The position numbers and the translations under genes are program-made. The notes under the pieces are model-generated. The model was given only the letters and a program-made list of their open reading frames with translations. It was not told the DNA's origin and did not search any database. Shown piece by piece: positions 23,306-37,354 of a stretch of DNA of 64,000 bases; the stretch's first letter is position 1; the number at the start of each line of letters is the position of its first letter. This DNA is from Takakia lepidozioides (Eukaryota; Plantae; Bryophyta), in assembly GCA_030704615.1 (NCBI GenBank), contig CM060731.1:56606001-56670000 (forward strand), in the 5' to 3' direction.

Positions 23306-23826
23306 AAATCAATGAAAAGCATGCTTGTACACATTTATATGAGATGTGGGTCTGTCAATATTATATTAATATATCATGAGTTTTTTTTATCATACCAGAC
23401 ATAGTATTGATAATACCCTGGTATCGATTTCTAAAAACTCTTGCTGTTGATACCTGTAAAACACCACACCAACTGTATTATTGATACCACCATGATATGT
23501 GTCATCTCGGATTTTTGCCAATACTAGTACCTCCCTGGTATCACAATTGGCTGGAGGCCTATATACCAGTACCAGCCTGGTGTGGTCAAAATACGATACC
23601 AGTCCAACAATAGTTGTGACCCCATCTTATATCACCCTATTTAACCTCATATCACCCCGCCCAATGTAACCCCATCTCGTATGACCCAAATGTAACCTCA
23701 AAATTACGTAATATTGTCCCATGCAACCTCATCCCATGTCATGTATAACCACATGACATGTAACTTGAGCTTGTGTCACCCAAAATTTATCCCCCACTGC
23801 ATTCTGATCCATACACTTGTCAACTA

Positions 23827-24230
23827 TCAGTGGCCATGGCAACAAAGACGTTGCTCTAGCTGGGCAAATCTATCCACCATGCCTTGGTCATGACCTTGAC
23901 CTTGACCCTGTGCTCCTTGGTTTTGGTTATGACCTCCACCGCGACCTTTGTCTCCTCTACCTCTCTGGACTACATTGCCTTGTCCTCGGCCACCATTGTT
24001 CCCTTGGAACTGGCCTGGTCGTAGCTCAGGATGCAGGTCATAACAATGGGCCTCCTCATGCCCATACTTGCCACAATGTCCACATTGGAATTGCATAGGT
24101 TGTGCCTGTGTCAGACCTTTGCCTCTCTTCGAGTAATTCTTCTTGACATGGGGTCCTCCACAATCCCAACATGACACACTCATCTGTTGCTGGCCTGAGA
24201 TTGAAGGAAGAGACCTTTGTATCTGAGATC
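23827..24230 (-). pseudogene. Gag zinc-knuckle fragment of the DNMT-carrying gypsy family
   Basis: CWDCGGPHVKK...QCGHCGKYGHEEAHCYDLHPELRPGQFQG closely matches ORF 39656-40117. Confidence 0.85.
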
Positions 24231-24629
24231 CTCTCTGACCTTCCCTAGGCTTCGTCTGAGCCTAGTGCTTCAATTAAAGGCCGATTCTACTTACTGTTTT
24301 CCAGATTTGTTGCTCGTTTTTGTTTGGAGTATAAGTTTTTCCAGCGATTCTAAGCTTTTTTTCCATGGCGCCAACTCTGTATCGTTTTCAAACATCAAAT
24401 TGAAGATAACAGGAGTTATTGAGTTTAGCATCTTATTCCAAGCAAGATGCGGGACAACATTCTTCCTCCCAACAATCTGGCAAATGTATTACAGCAGCGT
24501 TTGATACGGTTGTTTATATCACTTCTGTTTTCTTAATATCATTCATGTTGTTTTGTCACTGTCCCTGTTTGCTAGGGGCTACGCATTAGGAAATGGTTTT
24601 GTTCCTCTTGGTCTAATCCAAGGACGAAC

Positions 24630-24696
24630 CAGCGTAACTGCCTAGCCCCATGAGCCTATGAGCTGGGCTCACGCTTCACCTATTAAGCGTGAGCCT
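24630..24696 (+). mobile_element. Isolated terminus related to the left end of the 10704-21943 MULE
   Basis: CAGCGTAACTGCCTAGCCCCATGAGCC..GAGCTGGGCTCACGCTTCA..AAGCGTGAGC versus CAGCGTAACTACGG..AGCCCCGTGAGCC..GAGCTGAGCTCACG..AAGCGTGAGC. Confidence 0.7.
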
Positions 24697-26319
24697 AGGA
24701 AGCTACACGATATGACGGCACAATCAGAGATCACACGATCACACATCACACCCCCAAGACCTGATTTATATTTTGCTTATTGATTAAAGCTGCATCCATA
24801 TCGTGCATACTGCATACTGCGCTGTCGATATTGATACCTAGGTCTTCCTCATAAAAATGGACCTGGTACTGGTATCAGGTACCAAATTTTCAACCACCTA
24901 CCAGACTGGTAGGGTATCATCCACAGTATTACGAAGTAGATACCAGGGCAATACGGGTATATGCTAGGTAGTGGCCTGAGGTGATACCAGACTGGTCTGG
25001 TACTTTGTACCAATATACATACCAGTATTGATACCACTCTCTTATCGGTATACCAGTCCAACACTGGTCACAATGGGTGGGGTGACACGATGTAGGGTTA
25101 CATAGCTTGACACGAAATGAGGTTCATGAGGCGAGGTTTATGATTTGGGTTACATGGGTGGAGGTTACACGGTCAGATAAACATTAGCCGGGGTTACAGA
25201 GGGTGACATGAGGTGGGGTTACATAGGATGACAGATGATGTGGTTATAGGGGTGGAGGTTACACGATTGGGTTACAAGAGCCAAAGTTAAGAGGGTGACA
25301 CGATAGTCACATGGGGTAGGGCGACACAATGTAGGGTTATGACATGAGGGGTTACATAGGGTGACATGAGGTGGATTTTCAGTGGTAGGGTAACATGATG
25401 TGGGGTTACATAAGGTGACACCGGATGGGGTTACATATGTGTGTCGGGTTAGGTGAAACTGATGGACTGGTGGAGCTGACAATCAATGGTGTACCGGTAT
25501 ATAGGTATTGCGGGTATATGATATGTATCTGCAATCGTATCAAAGATCCTACCCTGCCTAATATCAACCAAGAGGAATACCTTGGTTATAAACAGGTTGC
25601 CCCCAATAAATCCCAAAGTAATACCCTGACTTCTAGCAAACTAGTCTGGTATTCATTTTTGTTCTGCCTCATAAATACCAATCTTCCATTGCCCGCAAAG
25701 GTCCCTGGTAGTATTTGCTATCATACATCATAGTTGCGGCGGTGCTCCTTCAATATTTACTGTAGTGGCTGCTAATGTGATTGATGCTATCTAACGAGTT
25801 TGATCAATTTATGCAATCACACCATTGTTCTAATGACTGTACTTACAATTTTATTTTTTGGTTACTACAAAAAGACTTCTTTGATTTGAAGTATTAATTA
25901 GAGAGTTTTGGTACAACAATGCTTTTATTACCTTAAGGTTTACTTGTGTCCCAGACCCACATATATGTACCACTCGTATCACCCAAACACCTACCCATAT
26001 ATATTTATACCAGATCAAAAAAAATCTCAATTTCTTCCAAAATTTGGACCAATAAAAAATGCCCCAAAAAAAAAGTATTCTCTTCGCTCACTATTGCAGA
26101 ACTCTCTATGAAGAGTGCATGAAGTAGAACACAAATCAAGTTTGGAGTGCAAAACAAGGAAGAAACTGTGGTTTTGGGTCCAAAAGAATTTTGATCGCTC
26201 CCAAATTTGGCACGCACGTTGCATATGGCTACATTACACGCCCCATTCAAAAACGGAATGAAAAAAAAATCGTGAGCACGCGAAACACAGTCCAACAGGT
26301 CCCAAAGCAATAGCAGCTC

Positions 26320-26690
26320 CAACAGAATACATTCAACGGGTGAACAGATGGTTGCCCATCCAAATCATTTTTGTTAGCTTCCAAACGTTTCCAGCACGAT
26401 CGAGACACCCTCTCACAGGTCTCGGACTAATATCAGATCAATCGAAATTCATTCGATGGCTCAACGGATGGTTGGCCATTGAAATGATTTTGGTTCGCTT
26501 TGAGACTTGGCCACTATGTTCAATGTGCCATGTAAGAGGCCCCAGAGTAATATGAGTTCAATCGAAATTCGTTCAATGGGCCAATGGATGGTTGCCCATC
26601 CAAATGATTTTCGTTCGCTTTGAAACTTGGCCAGTGTGTTCAATGTACCATCTGATACGTCCCAGTGTAATATGAGATCAATCGAAATTA
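26320..26690. repeat. ~120-bp degenerate tandem repeat, 3 copies
   Basis: Recurring ATCAATCGAAATT...GGATGGTTGCCCATCCAAATGATTTT...GTTCGCTTTGA at ~120-bp spacing. Confidence 0.75.
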
Positions 26691-27137
26691 TTTTGTGCTT
26701 TGAGAACTTTGTGAGTATGTTCGTAGAAAGATCATAGATTTTGCGAAATGATTATGAAATACGCAGGAACCAGGCGAAATTTGTTTGGAAGACGACCGTT
26801 CGTAACTCGTTATAACTTATTTGTTAACATCAATTTTCCTTGTTCTCCAGCTTTCGGAGTTCATTGCAAATACCCACATATACGTCATGACCAAATATGA
26901 CACCATTGTAAATTTGTTTACAGGGTGAACTATTTCTTCCCCATCACACGAGTGTAAATGTGAAGAAAATGTTGCTCATGCAATTGAAATTGGCAGGTGC
27001 CGCACATGTGCATTGTGTATTAACAAAATTGGTGATATACAAACTTGCCGGAATGCCATCACTGTGTTTTCCAACAATATTCAAGGTACAACAAAAATGC
27101 ATATTGTATATGTACTACGCTGCCAGTCATTAAAAGC

Positions 27138-29476
27138 CTAGTCGTCACTGTCCGAGGATGTGGAATTTGATGTTGTGGCCTGATTTGCACTGCCAATTGC
27201 CAAAGCTTGCGACCATGATCTCGTGGTCAATGAGGGGCCCAATGGCATGTGATCAATTCTGGCCTGCATCAGCCTACTTCGCGGCGAAAGTTGACTTTCT
27301 TCTTCACTCTCACGACGTGGCGGAGGTGGATCGAGAACAAGTGCTCGGGCTGCATGCAAATCGGCAACGAGACCGTCCACATCCGGCAATACAGCCCCTG
27401 AAACACGATGATAACGGTCTGTCCCTAGTCGCCTCCATTTCTCTACAACTACCTTGATGGTACTTTTAAAACTTTCCAACTGCCTCTCGCGGGCCCTGTC
27501 CCTAATCATTGTGTCGTTTCGACGATAAGCCGCCTCGTACGTATCATTCATTCGGTGTTGACATATTATAACATCTTCCAGTTCGGACATCAACAAATGT
27601 CTCCCAATCGGTTGTCGGTCATACAATTCGTTCTCCTCCGGCACCCATGGAACCTGTGGGAGCCGGATAAACCTGGACCTTCTTTGACTCCAATGCCCTC
27701 CTAGATTGCGGAAAAACTGCTCTCTCTCCCACCAATCTTGAATGCCTCCTGCACATATGGTTATCTCCCAATCAGATGTGACCCAGAAATATTGGGGATC
27801 TTTGATGTATGCCGGGTTTCCGGCATGTATGCCATGCATCTCTCTGTCTGCATCCCATACCAAGTTCTTGTCCCAATGCACACAATTCAGAAATGTGTAT
27901 GGTAGCCCATCCAATGGGAGGATGTGTCGATTGTATTCAAAACCTATGGGCATCCGATCCTCCAAGCCCACCAGCTCATAGAAACGGCGATGGATTGATG
28001 TACGACATTCTGGGCAAGCGCTCGTCTGCAAGGCTTGCGGAATAAGACATGTGAGATGGAACATATGTCCACATGATCCAAGCACATGACATCCTTCTGG
28101 GCCGTATGGATTTCTACACATCGAACAAACTGTGTCATCTGATATCCATGACGGCAAAACGCCTCGTGGTATCTCCTCCCTCTGGGCCGGTTTGATGTGG
28201 CTAGTCATCCTTGTTGTGGTGTCCCACTCTTTCTCTATCTCCAATTCCCAGTTTATGCTTCTATTTGATCCCGAAATTCTGTACTCACATCGATCGAACA
28301 TAGAATCCACATCTGCCCAATTGGTATACCCGACGAACACGCTTGATGCGATGCGGAGATCGTTATACCTTTGTATGTTGACATAAATGTTATCCACGCT
28401 ACGGTTCGACATGCGTGCGACACGTTGCAAGCTTGACAGTGCCCGCTCTACCCGTGCTTCTCTGGAGGCCAAATAGGTCGCCTATTGTACCCAATTATCC
28501 CAATCGCCATTCAATAGGACCCATGCTTGAATCTCCAGCGTTTTGGACAAACGCCATGCAGTTGCCATGACAATGTCCCGCTCCTGTAACGCGGTCGACA
28601 TCTAATATCAGGTTCATCTCCGATTGAATGGCGACCCTCGAGCATTCCCCGGTTTCCAGTACTGGTTATTTTTATTTCTTCCTTCTCTCATCCGCAATTC
28701 GCTGTTCCTCAACCATGGTTTCATCGGCCACAGGGTCAAGGACGTCCATAATTTCCTGAATGATGAGGTCAATACTGCGATTGGGCATCGCAAACTCCGC
28801 GTCCATGTCCACGACGTTAGTTCGATCCTCATTGTGGACAACAGTGCCTTAATTGTTTGGAGGCATGTCTTGCAATCTAGTTTCCAACTCGGCTATGCGC
28901 AATGTTTGCCAGTCTAGTCGGTCCTGCAGGGTCCTGATTCGCTGGTATCTTTCCGCCAGTTGTTCCTCTAACGTTGCAGCCGGTTGTATTCCGAACGTGT
29001 CCGGGATGTACTCCAAATCGTATAGCAACCTTGCGTTCCTCCTACTAGCAGTTTGCGAATTTACTGGACGCAAGAGTATGACCTCCACGTACAACATGGC
29101 TGCCAAGGTGTACGGGATTTGACCTTTTAAGAGAGGTTGACCCCACAATATGCAATGCATCTCATTCGCCTTATGCTGGAAATGCAAGTTCGTGCAAGAC
29201 CTGGACTCTGCGTAATTGTTTCGGGTTTGCACGTCATGCCTATCCAAAGGCCACTATCGATTGATGTGATACCATTTCACAAATTTTTTGCATCTCGCCA
29301 TCGGCCACCGGAACTCTTCCGGAACATCCGTCCAGCCCTCTTCTACTAGTATGCTAGGGTCACCATATACTTCCCAATTCAAGTCTTGCCTTGACTCTTT
29401 GATTTTCTTAGGGGGCGGTCCATGTTCATTGGGGTCATCTCTTCCATGACGGTCATCGTCCTAGCCCTCTGTCATT
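27138..29476 (-). pseudogene. Coiled-coil + RING-finger (C3H2C3-like) protein, interrupted by stops; probable TE accessory gene
   Basis: CSMC..CGHMFHLTC..CPEC in ORF 27138-28472. Upstream collinear ORF 28849-29247 is coiled-coil-like, and readable frames extend to an ATG at ~29476. Confidence 0.7.
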
Positions 29477-29759
29477 CTGCAACAATCGGAGCAACACTAA
29501 ACGAAGTTTTCTAAAAGGACGTAACTCTAAACCCTTCCCCCATTATGTAGGTTTGAGTTGGTGTCAAAATAGTTCCTAAAAGCTAATTTTGTAGAATAAA
29601 ATGATTCTGGAAGCCAGAGGAGGGCCTATGGGAGCATTCTGCAATGACCTCACAAAAATCGCGGCAAAAAATAACCCCCACCCAACCAATGGCCTCCTTC
29701 TCCACGTGACTACGTGCCGTGGAATAATGAAATGTCACGCACACATAAGTTGTGTGGAG

Positions 29760-31925
29760 AGGAAGTGAGGGGAGAATAAGCCTCCCTTGGCTTATATCCC
29801 CCCCCCCTCCTCATTCCTCGGGCCACGTGCAGGGCGAATCTTCTAGAAGCGGCCGCCAACTTGGCGGTCGCTCCATTTTCCGGAAAATAAAAAAATAAGC
29901 GACCGCCAGAACCGGCGGTCGCTTCATTTTCCGGGGAAAAAAAAAGAAGCGACCGCCAGAACAGACGGTCGCTCCATTTTCCGGAAATAAAATAAATAAG
30001 CGACAGCCAACATAGGCGGTCGCTTCATTTTTAAAACATTTAAAATAAATAAGCGACCGCCAACATAGGCGGTCGCTTCAATTTCAAAACATTTTAAATA
30101 AATAAGCGACCGCCAACATAGGCGATCACTTTATTTTCAAAAAAATTAAAAATTAAAGTGACCGCCAATAATGGCGGTCACTTGATTTTCAAAACAATTA
30201 AAATAAAAGCGGCCGCCAGTCATGGCGGTCGCTTGATTTTCAAAAACATTTAAATAAAAGCGACCGTCAGTAATGGCGGTCGCTCCATTTCCAACCAAAT
30301 TCTTAAAAAAGCGACCGCCATTAATGGCGGTCGCTTCACTTACAAAAAACAACAATATTGGCGACTGCCCCTAATGGCGGTCGCTCCATTTTCCTCCAAG
30401 GAACAAAAAAGCGACCGCTAGTAACGGCGGTCGCTTCATTTCCAAAATAATTAAAATAAAAGCGACAGCCAGTAATGGCGGTCCTTTCATTTCCAAAATA
30501 ATTAAAATAAAATCGACTGCCAGTAATGGCGGTCGCTTCACTTCCAAAATAATTAAAATAAAAGCGACCGCTAGTAATGGCGGTCGCCCCATTTCCAAAA
30601 ATAAAAAAAATAAAAGCGACCGCCAGAAATGGCGGTCGCTGAATTTTGTAAAAACAAAAACTGCCAGTAATGGAAGTGAGGGGAGAACGACTGGGGGCTT
30701 ATATGCCCCCCCCCCCCCCCCCCCCCCTCATTCCTCGCTCCACGCGCGGGGCAGACATCGTAGAAGCGACCGCCATCATGGAGGTCGCTCCATTTAAAAG
30801 CAAAAAAAAACGACCGCCACAAATGGCGGTCGCTCCATTTCGCCCAGAAAAAGAAAAAAACTATCGCCAGTAATGGCGGTCGTTGCATTTATAAAAACAA
30901 AAAAAAACTTCAAGCGACCGGAAGTGAGGGGAGAATGTGCCGGAGCTTATATGCCCCCCTCCCCATGCCTCACTCCTCGCTCCATGCGCAGGGCACATTT
31001 CGTAGAAGCGACCGGCACCTTGGCGGTCATTCCATTTTCATTTTCAAAACAATTAAAATAAAAGCGACCGCCATAAATGGCGGTCGCTCCATTTCCAACC
31101 AAATTTCAATAAAAACGACCGCCACTAATGACGGTCGCTGCAATTACAAAAAACAACAATACCGGCGACCGCCCCTAATGGCGGTCGCTCCATTTTGCTC
31201 CAAAAAAACAAAAAAACCGACCGCCAGTAACGGCGGTCGCTTCATTTCCAAAATAATTAAAATAAAAGCGACCGCCAGTAATGGTGGTCGCTTCATTTTT
31301 CTAAAATAATTAAAATAAAAGCTACTGCCAGTAATGGCGGTCGCTTCATTTCCAAAATAATTAAAATAAAAGCGACCGCCAGTAATGGCGGTCGCTGCAT
31401 TTATAAAAACAAAAAAAAACTTCAAGGGACTGGAAGTGAGGGGAGAATGTGCTGGAGCTTACATGCCCCCTTCCCCCGCCTCACTCCTCGCTCCATGCGC
31501 AGGGCACACTTCGTAGAAACGACCGCCACCTTGGCGGTTGCTCCATTTTTATTTTCAAAACAATTAAAATAAAAGCGACCGCCATAAATGGCGGTCGCTC
31601 CATTTCCAACCAAATTTCAATAAAAGCGACCACCACTAATGGCGGTCGCTGCAATTACAAAAAACAACAATACCGGCGACCGCCCCTAATGGCGGTCGCT
31701 CCATTTTGCTCCAAAAAAAAAAAAAAAAAAACCACCAGTAACGGCGGTCGCTTCATTTCCAAAATAATTAAAATAAAAGCGACCGCCAATAATGGCGGTC
31801 GCCCCATTTCCAAAATAATTAAATTAAAAGCGACCGCCATGTATATCCCTCCCCCCCCCCTCATTCATCGTTCCATGCGCAGGGCAGACCTCGTAGAAGC
31901 GACTACCACCTTTGCGGTCGCTCCA
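29760..31925. repeat. Array of GCGACCGCC-N5/6-GGCGGTCGC palindromes with A/T-rich spacers and ~510-bp higher-order units
   Basis: Dozens of copies. The punctuating motif GGAAGTGAGGGGAGAA..poly-C occurs at ~29761, 30672, 30920 and 31431. Confidence 0.95.
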
Positions 31926-32803
31926 TTTAAATAAAAATGAATGCACAGTTGGAAGCATGGCACAATTGTTCTCCATTCCACAAGCAAATCACCGAACACA
32001 AACATGAGCAAGTGACGGTGCCTTTGGCCGACATTTTGGCTGGTATACACATGGGCAACATCTTTTATTTTCCAACACATACACAACAACAATACAAATA
32101 CTCATAGTGACAATGATCACATTGGTATTACTTCAGTACAGAAATATAAACATGTCCACTAAAAAGTACTGATGCATGCCTATAGCTGTTTTGCTTCAAT
32201 TTTTTCTACTGCTTTGACGGTGGGACGAAGAAGATCCTAATCCTAATGCTCCGATGGGTTGAAAATCCGGGTTACCCTCGACTTCACCACCGTTGCCATG
32301 ATCAGTATTGGAATTGTCCTCCCTATCCGACCTCATATGTCCAGGCTTTTGAATCTGCAAGCGACCTCAAACCACATTTAGTTCTCTCTGAGGTCGACTC
32401 CCACTCCGGTCTTGAATACCATCCACGGTATCTGGCCTGTTTGTGGGCCGATCGTCTACAAAAGGTTGGACTGTTCTCTGTCGTTTATGGACTTGGGACG
32501 CAATCGAAGGTGGTCTCGAAGGAGGTACCGGAGGGGGGACTGCCCGAGATGGACCGGCATTAGATGGTCCGGCATGTGAGGAACCACGGGTCTGCTGCGC
32601 AACACGTCGGTTAATGTAGAATTGTAGGTTGTCATCATCCGAGGCTTCAACTTCCGCCCTGTCCAATGCAGCAGAATGATGCATGCGTGTGGAAAATAGA
32701 TCAACCATGTTGCTCCTTAATGCCCGTTGTGTTGATGGGGAGCTGGATCGGTTTTGGCATTGTGGTGGAGCTGGTCGTATCGGTGAGGCATGATCCCGTC
32801 CTG

Positions 32804-35200
32804 TCAACTGTACAATGGGTTCGACACCATCGTTTGTATGAACAAGGTTGCGTACGTCGATCGGTCATGGTAGTACATCACTCCTAAGCTCCATTGGGGC
32901 ACTCCCGGTGGCTTCAGCATGTAATGGGGGGCGAGGGTCGACCCCAACTTCATTTTGAGGACCATGTTCTGGGATGACTCAATTGCAGCTTCACCTTCAT
33001 CTGCGATACGCACTTCTTCAAGAAGGTCATCAAAGGTCGGCTGGATATAAGCATCCTCCTCTGTGAATGTAAACGAGTCATACACATTTTCGAGAGCATC
33101 ATTGGATCTATCTTCACTATCGGAGGCAGATGATTCCCTCTGAGATAATTCTATCTGAGGCTCAGTATCGTCACTCATCGAATCAGCCTCAGAAGCAGAG
33201 TCTTCGGAATGCAAATTCATTTCATACCATGCTGCAGCATCGTCCGCTGCCCTCTCACGTAGCAGTCGGCAATTGGTATACACATACACCAATTTGTCAA
33301 CCCTCGCGGGATTCAATTTATTGCGAATCTTGTTGTGAACAAATGAGTAACTGCTCCAATTGCGTTCGCAAGATGAGGCAAAGCACACTTGAGCAAGAAT
33401 ACGCTTCGCAATGGGAGCCAATGTTTTTGCTCCAGCTCCAATCAGATCCCACCATTCATGTGGCAACATATTGAGCTCTTTGGGATCCGGCATGTCCTCA
33501 AAAGGGTCGCGGCGATATGAGAAACATTGGTACTCGGATATAGCTCTCTCTACATGGTTCGGCGGAGCCAGTCGCATGAGCACTCGCACGAGGCTGGTCT
33601 TGGCATCAACGTCGTCTCGGAGCATGGTATTGTCGAGCAAGAATGGATTGAGCAAAGCCCCCGCATAATGCAAGTCCGTTCGAACCATCGAACGACGATC
33701 GTAAAATGCATCCTCAACACTGTCCGCAAGTTCAGGTTCTAAGGAGAAGGGAGGATGCCTCAAGGATTGGACGTGCTTCTCAAGATTTTGCATTAGTAAC
33801 CATGCCTTGCCCATTACTGGTTGATTTCCATCAAACTCCTGCAAGACGATTAACACTGGCTCTACCATATAAACAAAATTTTCACATTTCTTCAAAAAAT
33901 CATCGTTGCGAATGTTATTTCGAACTTTTCGACTTTTGCCCAATGACTTGGCTTTTCTGGAGTCCCGCAATGTCCGTGTGTACGCATCCCATTGAGGATC
34001 AATGATGGTGTGCTCCAGACTGCTCTTCACCGTCACCAACCGATCCACCAAGAAGTTAGTGACAAAACGAGTTTCGTTTGGATTGCGGAGACTGTATTTG
34101 GGTTCGTGCCTCCTATATATTGCCAAAGGGATGTGGTGTGTGCAGATGTACGACACAACAGTCTTCGCTCACTTGACAAGTTGTTTCACCCACTGTTCTT
34201 TTCCCCAATCTTCCAAAATGAGGTCAAGGATATGAGCAGCACAACCTTGATAGTACATGTGGGGATAACGTACCAACAACATGTCTGCAGTGTTTCTCAT
34301 GTTAGCGGCATTGTCTATGCATATTTGCATGATTCTATCACTTCCAATCTATTCGATGAAGTCCGTCAATAGTTGACATTGATAACGTCCATCTTTCTTC
34401 TTGCCGCTAGTGTCGACCGATCCCAAGAATTGTTCCCCAACTGGACATACGAGCATGACATTGAACAACGGTCTGTTTGTGACAGAACTCCAACCATCGG
34501 CACATATAGTGCTTCCATATTTTCTGATGCACTCGCCCGTCCTATCGTTGACCTTTTGGGTAAGCTCGGTCATGACGTCTTCTAGCAATCCTGTGTGGAG
34601 ATTGTGATAAGTCGGAGGCACGTACGTGGATCTGGACTTCGAGATTGCTCTAACGGCAGAAACAAATGCCGGAAGCCTTGCCACATTAAATGGTATGTTG
34701 GCCTTGAAGAGAAACTGCGCCAATTTTTTATCCAACTGTCTTTTCGCAGACAAGTTAAGACCTTCTTGCACGGATTGCTGCCGTAATCCTCTACTCCGTT
34801 GAAGTGTAGAGGTACAAAGAGGTGTTGAAGTAGGTGTTGCTCCGGCACAACCCACTTGTCTAGGGACACCCGAAGCCTCACAAGAGTCGCCTTGGGTACT
34901 AATCGGGGCATCCTGACAGGAAGATGGAGTGTTCTACTCAGAGGTCATGTCCAGATCCAAAGACATTGGAATATTGCCTCCACACTGGGCAAAGTGGTTT
35001 TTTACCCGCATAGATATTTTGGGGCATAAACCCACCCTAGCGCTCTTCACACCTTTATAGCCGAGGTGAGCGAGCAACCGATCCTTACGATAAGAAAGCT
35101 TTAATCCACATAGGTTGCATTCAACACTACCAATGGCACTGACAGTGTTCGGGATTGTCGTATACCAAGGGCTCCATTCCTCCATATCATCTTCACCCAA
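32804..35200 (-). pseudogene. hAT-superfamily transposase (DUF659 type) with BED-like finger
   Basis: CNLC..RLLAHL; ANIPFN; ICADGWS..NRPLFN; IDNAANM; GCAAHILDL; PNETRF; WW..G..LA..A.RILAQ..SSCERNWS. Several in-frame stops. Confidence 0.9.
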
Positions 35201-35502
35201 TATCCACTCCCCTGGGACCTAGCGATGCAAGCAACAAAAAACAGTCACCTATAAATAAACGTGTTATGAATGTAGAGTGCAATGCGATAGCCCAATACTT
35301 CTACACCTGTCAGCAACCCAAGTGGGTCGATGTGGGTTGTAGTGTTGAGCTTATACACAATCTGCTGAAGTGGCTTTGGTGGAAGCCACAACGGCAAAAG
35401 GTGCGCACCCTCCTCTTGGGCTACACGCTCGTTCAATGGAAGAGAACATCCAAAGCAACCTCAAGTGTTTGCGCCAAAAGAAGTGAGGAGCTTGGTGACC
35501 CT

Positions 35503-35828
35503 TGTCAAGTTATTTTACCACTAGTGTGAAACTAGCTAAAAATAACTAGCTTTTACATATTGACATTTGGGATTGGCCCAAGTGTCAATCTAGGGGTCAA
35601 GGCAGATTTAGGCCCTGGAGTGGTTATCTTCACGGCAAGCGCGGGAGGCTCATCTTTTTCGAGTTGAGCCTCACCGCGCCTAGCTATGGCGCCGTAGTGT
35701 GGATTCCCCATGGCGTGGGGTGCACTTGGCTTGACTTGTATTTGAGTGATGAGGTTATATATGCATGAATTTATGCTTCAGCTTTGTGAGTTCGCATGAG
35801 CTTGTGTTTGTATTCTTCTTCTTTATCA
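35503..35828 (+). repeat. Terminal repeat A1 (3' part of LTR)
   Basis: Near-identical to 46539-46864 (about ten differences by eye); ends TTTATCA. Confidence 0.95.
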
Positions 35829-35844
35829 CTCGAAAAAGATGAGC
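35829..35844 (+). promoter_or_regulatory. Putative self-priming primer-binding site
   Basis: CTCGAAAAAGATGAGC directly after the LTR-end CA is the exact reverse complement of 35648-35663 within the LTR. No tRNA-type TGG PBS is present. Confidence 0.75.
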
Positions 35845-36509
35845 TCGTATTTGTGAGTGCCAGATACGAGTTAGTTGTAGCACTTGTGGTTTTTGCTTGA
35901 GAATGAGAGAAACCAAGTTGTTATGCAAGGAGCACCGTGGAGCTCTTGGTTGTTAGAAGCGGAGGCGATGTGGGTTACGAGGTGGTAGACCTTGGCATTC
36001 GATCTTCAGCTTCAGAGATGAAAGCACCATGCTGCAGGTAATTCCAGAGCTTCTTGATGGTTTCAGATTGTGTACATGCATGAGCAAGCACGATTGGAAG
36101 AGGACCAGTCAAGAGCAAGTTATAGTGGCTTTGGTGGCAAAGCTGAGAACTGGACTTGGGAATGCGAGCTTTCATTGTGTGAAGGATTGCAAGACCAAGC
36201 GAAAGGGCTGATTTGGCTTGGGGCAAATCAGTGCACTTTGTGGAGTATGGTGAGATTGGGTTTCAATCTCAAGCTTCAGCATTCAGAGGGCTCTTGTCAT
36301 GGCAAGAGCAGGGCTGGAACAGGAGCTAAGAGGTGCGGCAAGGCCATGGAATGTGCACCTAGGGTTTCAGAGCTTGGAAGAAGAGCTCTTGCACCACAAG
36401 AGAAGTGTCTTGTGGCTGGAAATGTAAGCCTTAGGGTTTCAGGAGCTTGGCAAAGGCTGTGGAGTGCTTAGTCTTGTCTTAGAGAGCATCAAGGAGCCAA
36501 TGAGCCAAG

Positions 36510-36960
36510 ATAGGGGGCTGATACCTCTTGTGTGAAGGGGTTGCATGTGTGGAGCATGTATTCAGCTCATTGAAGCTTCCATCTTCAAGCTTGGAGGGCA
36601 AGCAGGGAAGAGGGAAGGGCTGACTTCCCTTATGTGAGAGCAATGCATGTGTGGAGCATGCTTTCAGCCTGTTGAAGGCTTGTACTTTCAGGTTTGGGAG
36701 TGCAAGAAAGGAAGGAAGGGGCTAGATCCCTGTAGGGCATGTGTGGAGCATGCTTCCAGCCCGCTGAAGAGTGTATTTTCAGGTTGGTGGGTGCAAGAAA
36801 GAAAGCAAAGGGGCTGATTCTCTGGTGGTGAGAGTGGGGCATGTGTGGAGCATGCCTTCAGTCCATTGGGCTTTTGTTTTCAAGCTTTAGAGAACTAGAA
36901 GAGAAGGTAAGGGGCTGATGTGCTCTTATGTGACAGTCCGACACTTGTAGAGCGTGTTCT
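36510..36960. repeat. ~100-bp degenerate tandem repeat (GCATGTGTGGAGCATG core), ~4.5 copies, in the 5' UTR of gypsy #2
   Basis: Core at ~36543, 36645, 36737, 36839. Confidence 0.8.
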
Positions 36961-37354
36961 GAGTTGGGGTTTCAACCTCAAGCCTAGATAGAGCATGGCT
37001 CTTGAAGTGGCAGGTGTAGGGGGCTGGAATAGGCTCTAAGACAGATGCTATGGCCAAGGGAAACGCTTGAATGAGTGCTCACAAGGGCTGGAAACCAGCA
37101 AGGCTTGGTTGTTTGCCATTGAGTTTAGTGGCGTGTTTGGGGAGTCTAAGTGAGAAAGAAGGCTTGGTTTGTGGCAACCGTCTTCCTCATGGCTTAGGGC
37201 TACTATTGGTGGTGTGTGGGAGCCGAAAGAGCAAGAATACCTTGCTGATTTCTTCACAGCCGCCATAGCTCGGTGCAAAGAAGCCTAGAGTCCAAGAGAC
37301 ACAAACCCTAGTTTGGCGTGGCTAAACCCCTTGGAGAAATGGCTAAACTGTCAT

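Larger units (their letters stand above)
23615..25450. repeat. Degenerate short repeats in inverted orientation (GTAACCC/TCACCC at 23615-23790; GGGTTAC/GGGTGAC at 25075-25450) bracketing TE debris
   Basis: Motif strand flips between the two blocks. Each block is preceded by TACCAGTCCAACA (about 23598 and 25051), which resembles a hAT-type CAGTGTTGGACTGGTA terminus. Confidence 0.4.

Noticed and set aside
30146-31934. ORFs with RPPLLAVAF/ATAITGGRF repeats (also 47051-48431 and 16134-17124)
   Set aside because: Translations of the palindrome arrays.
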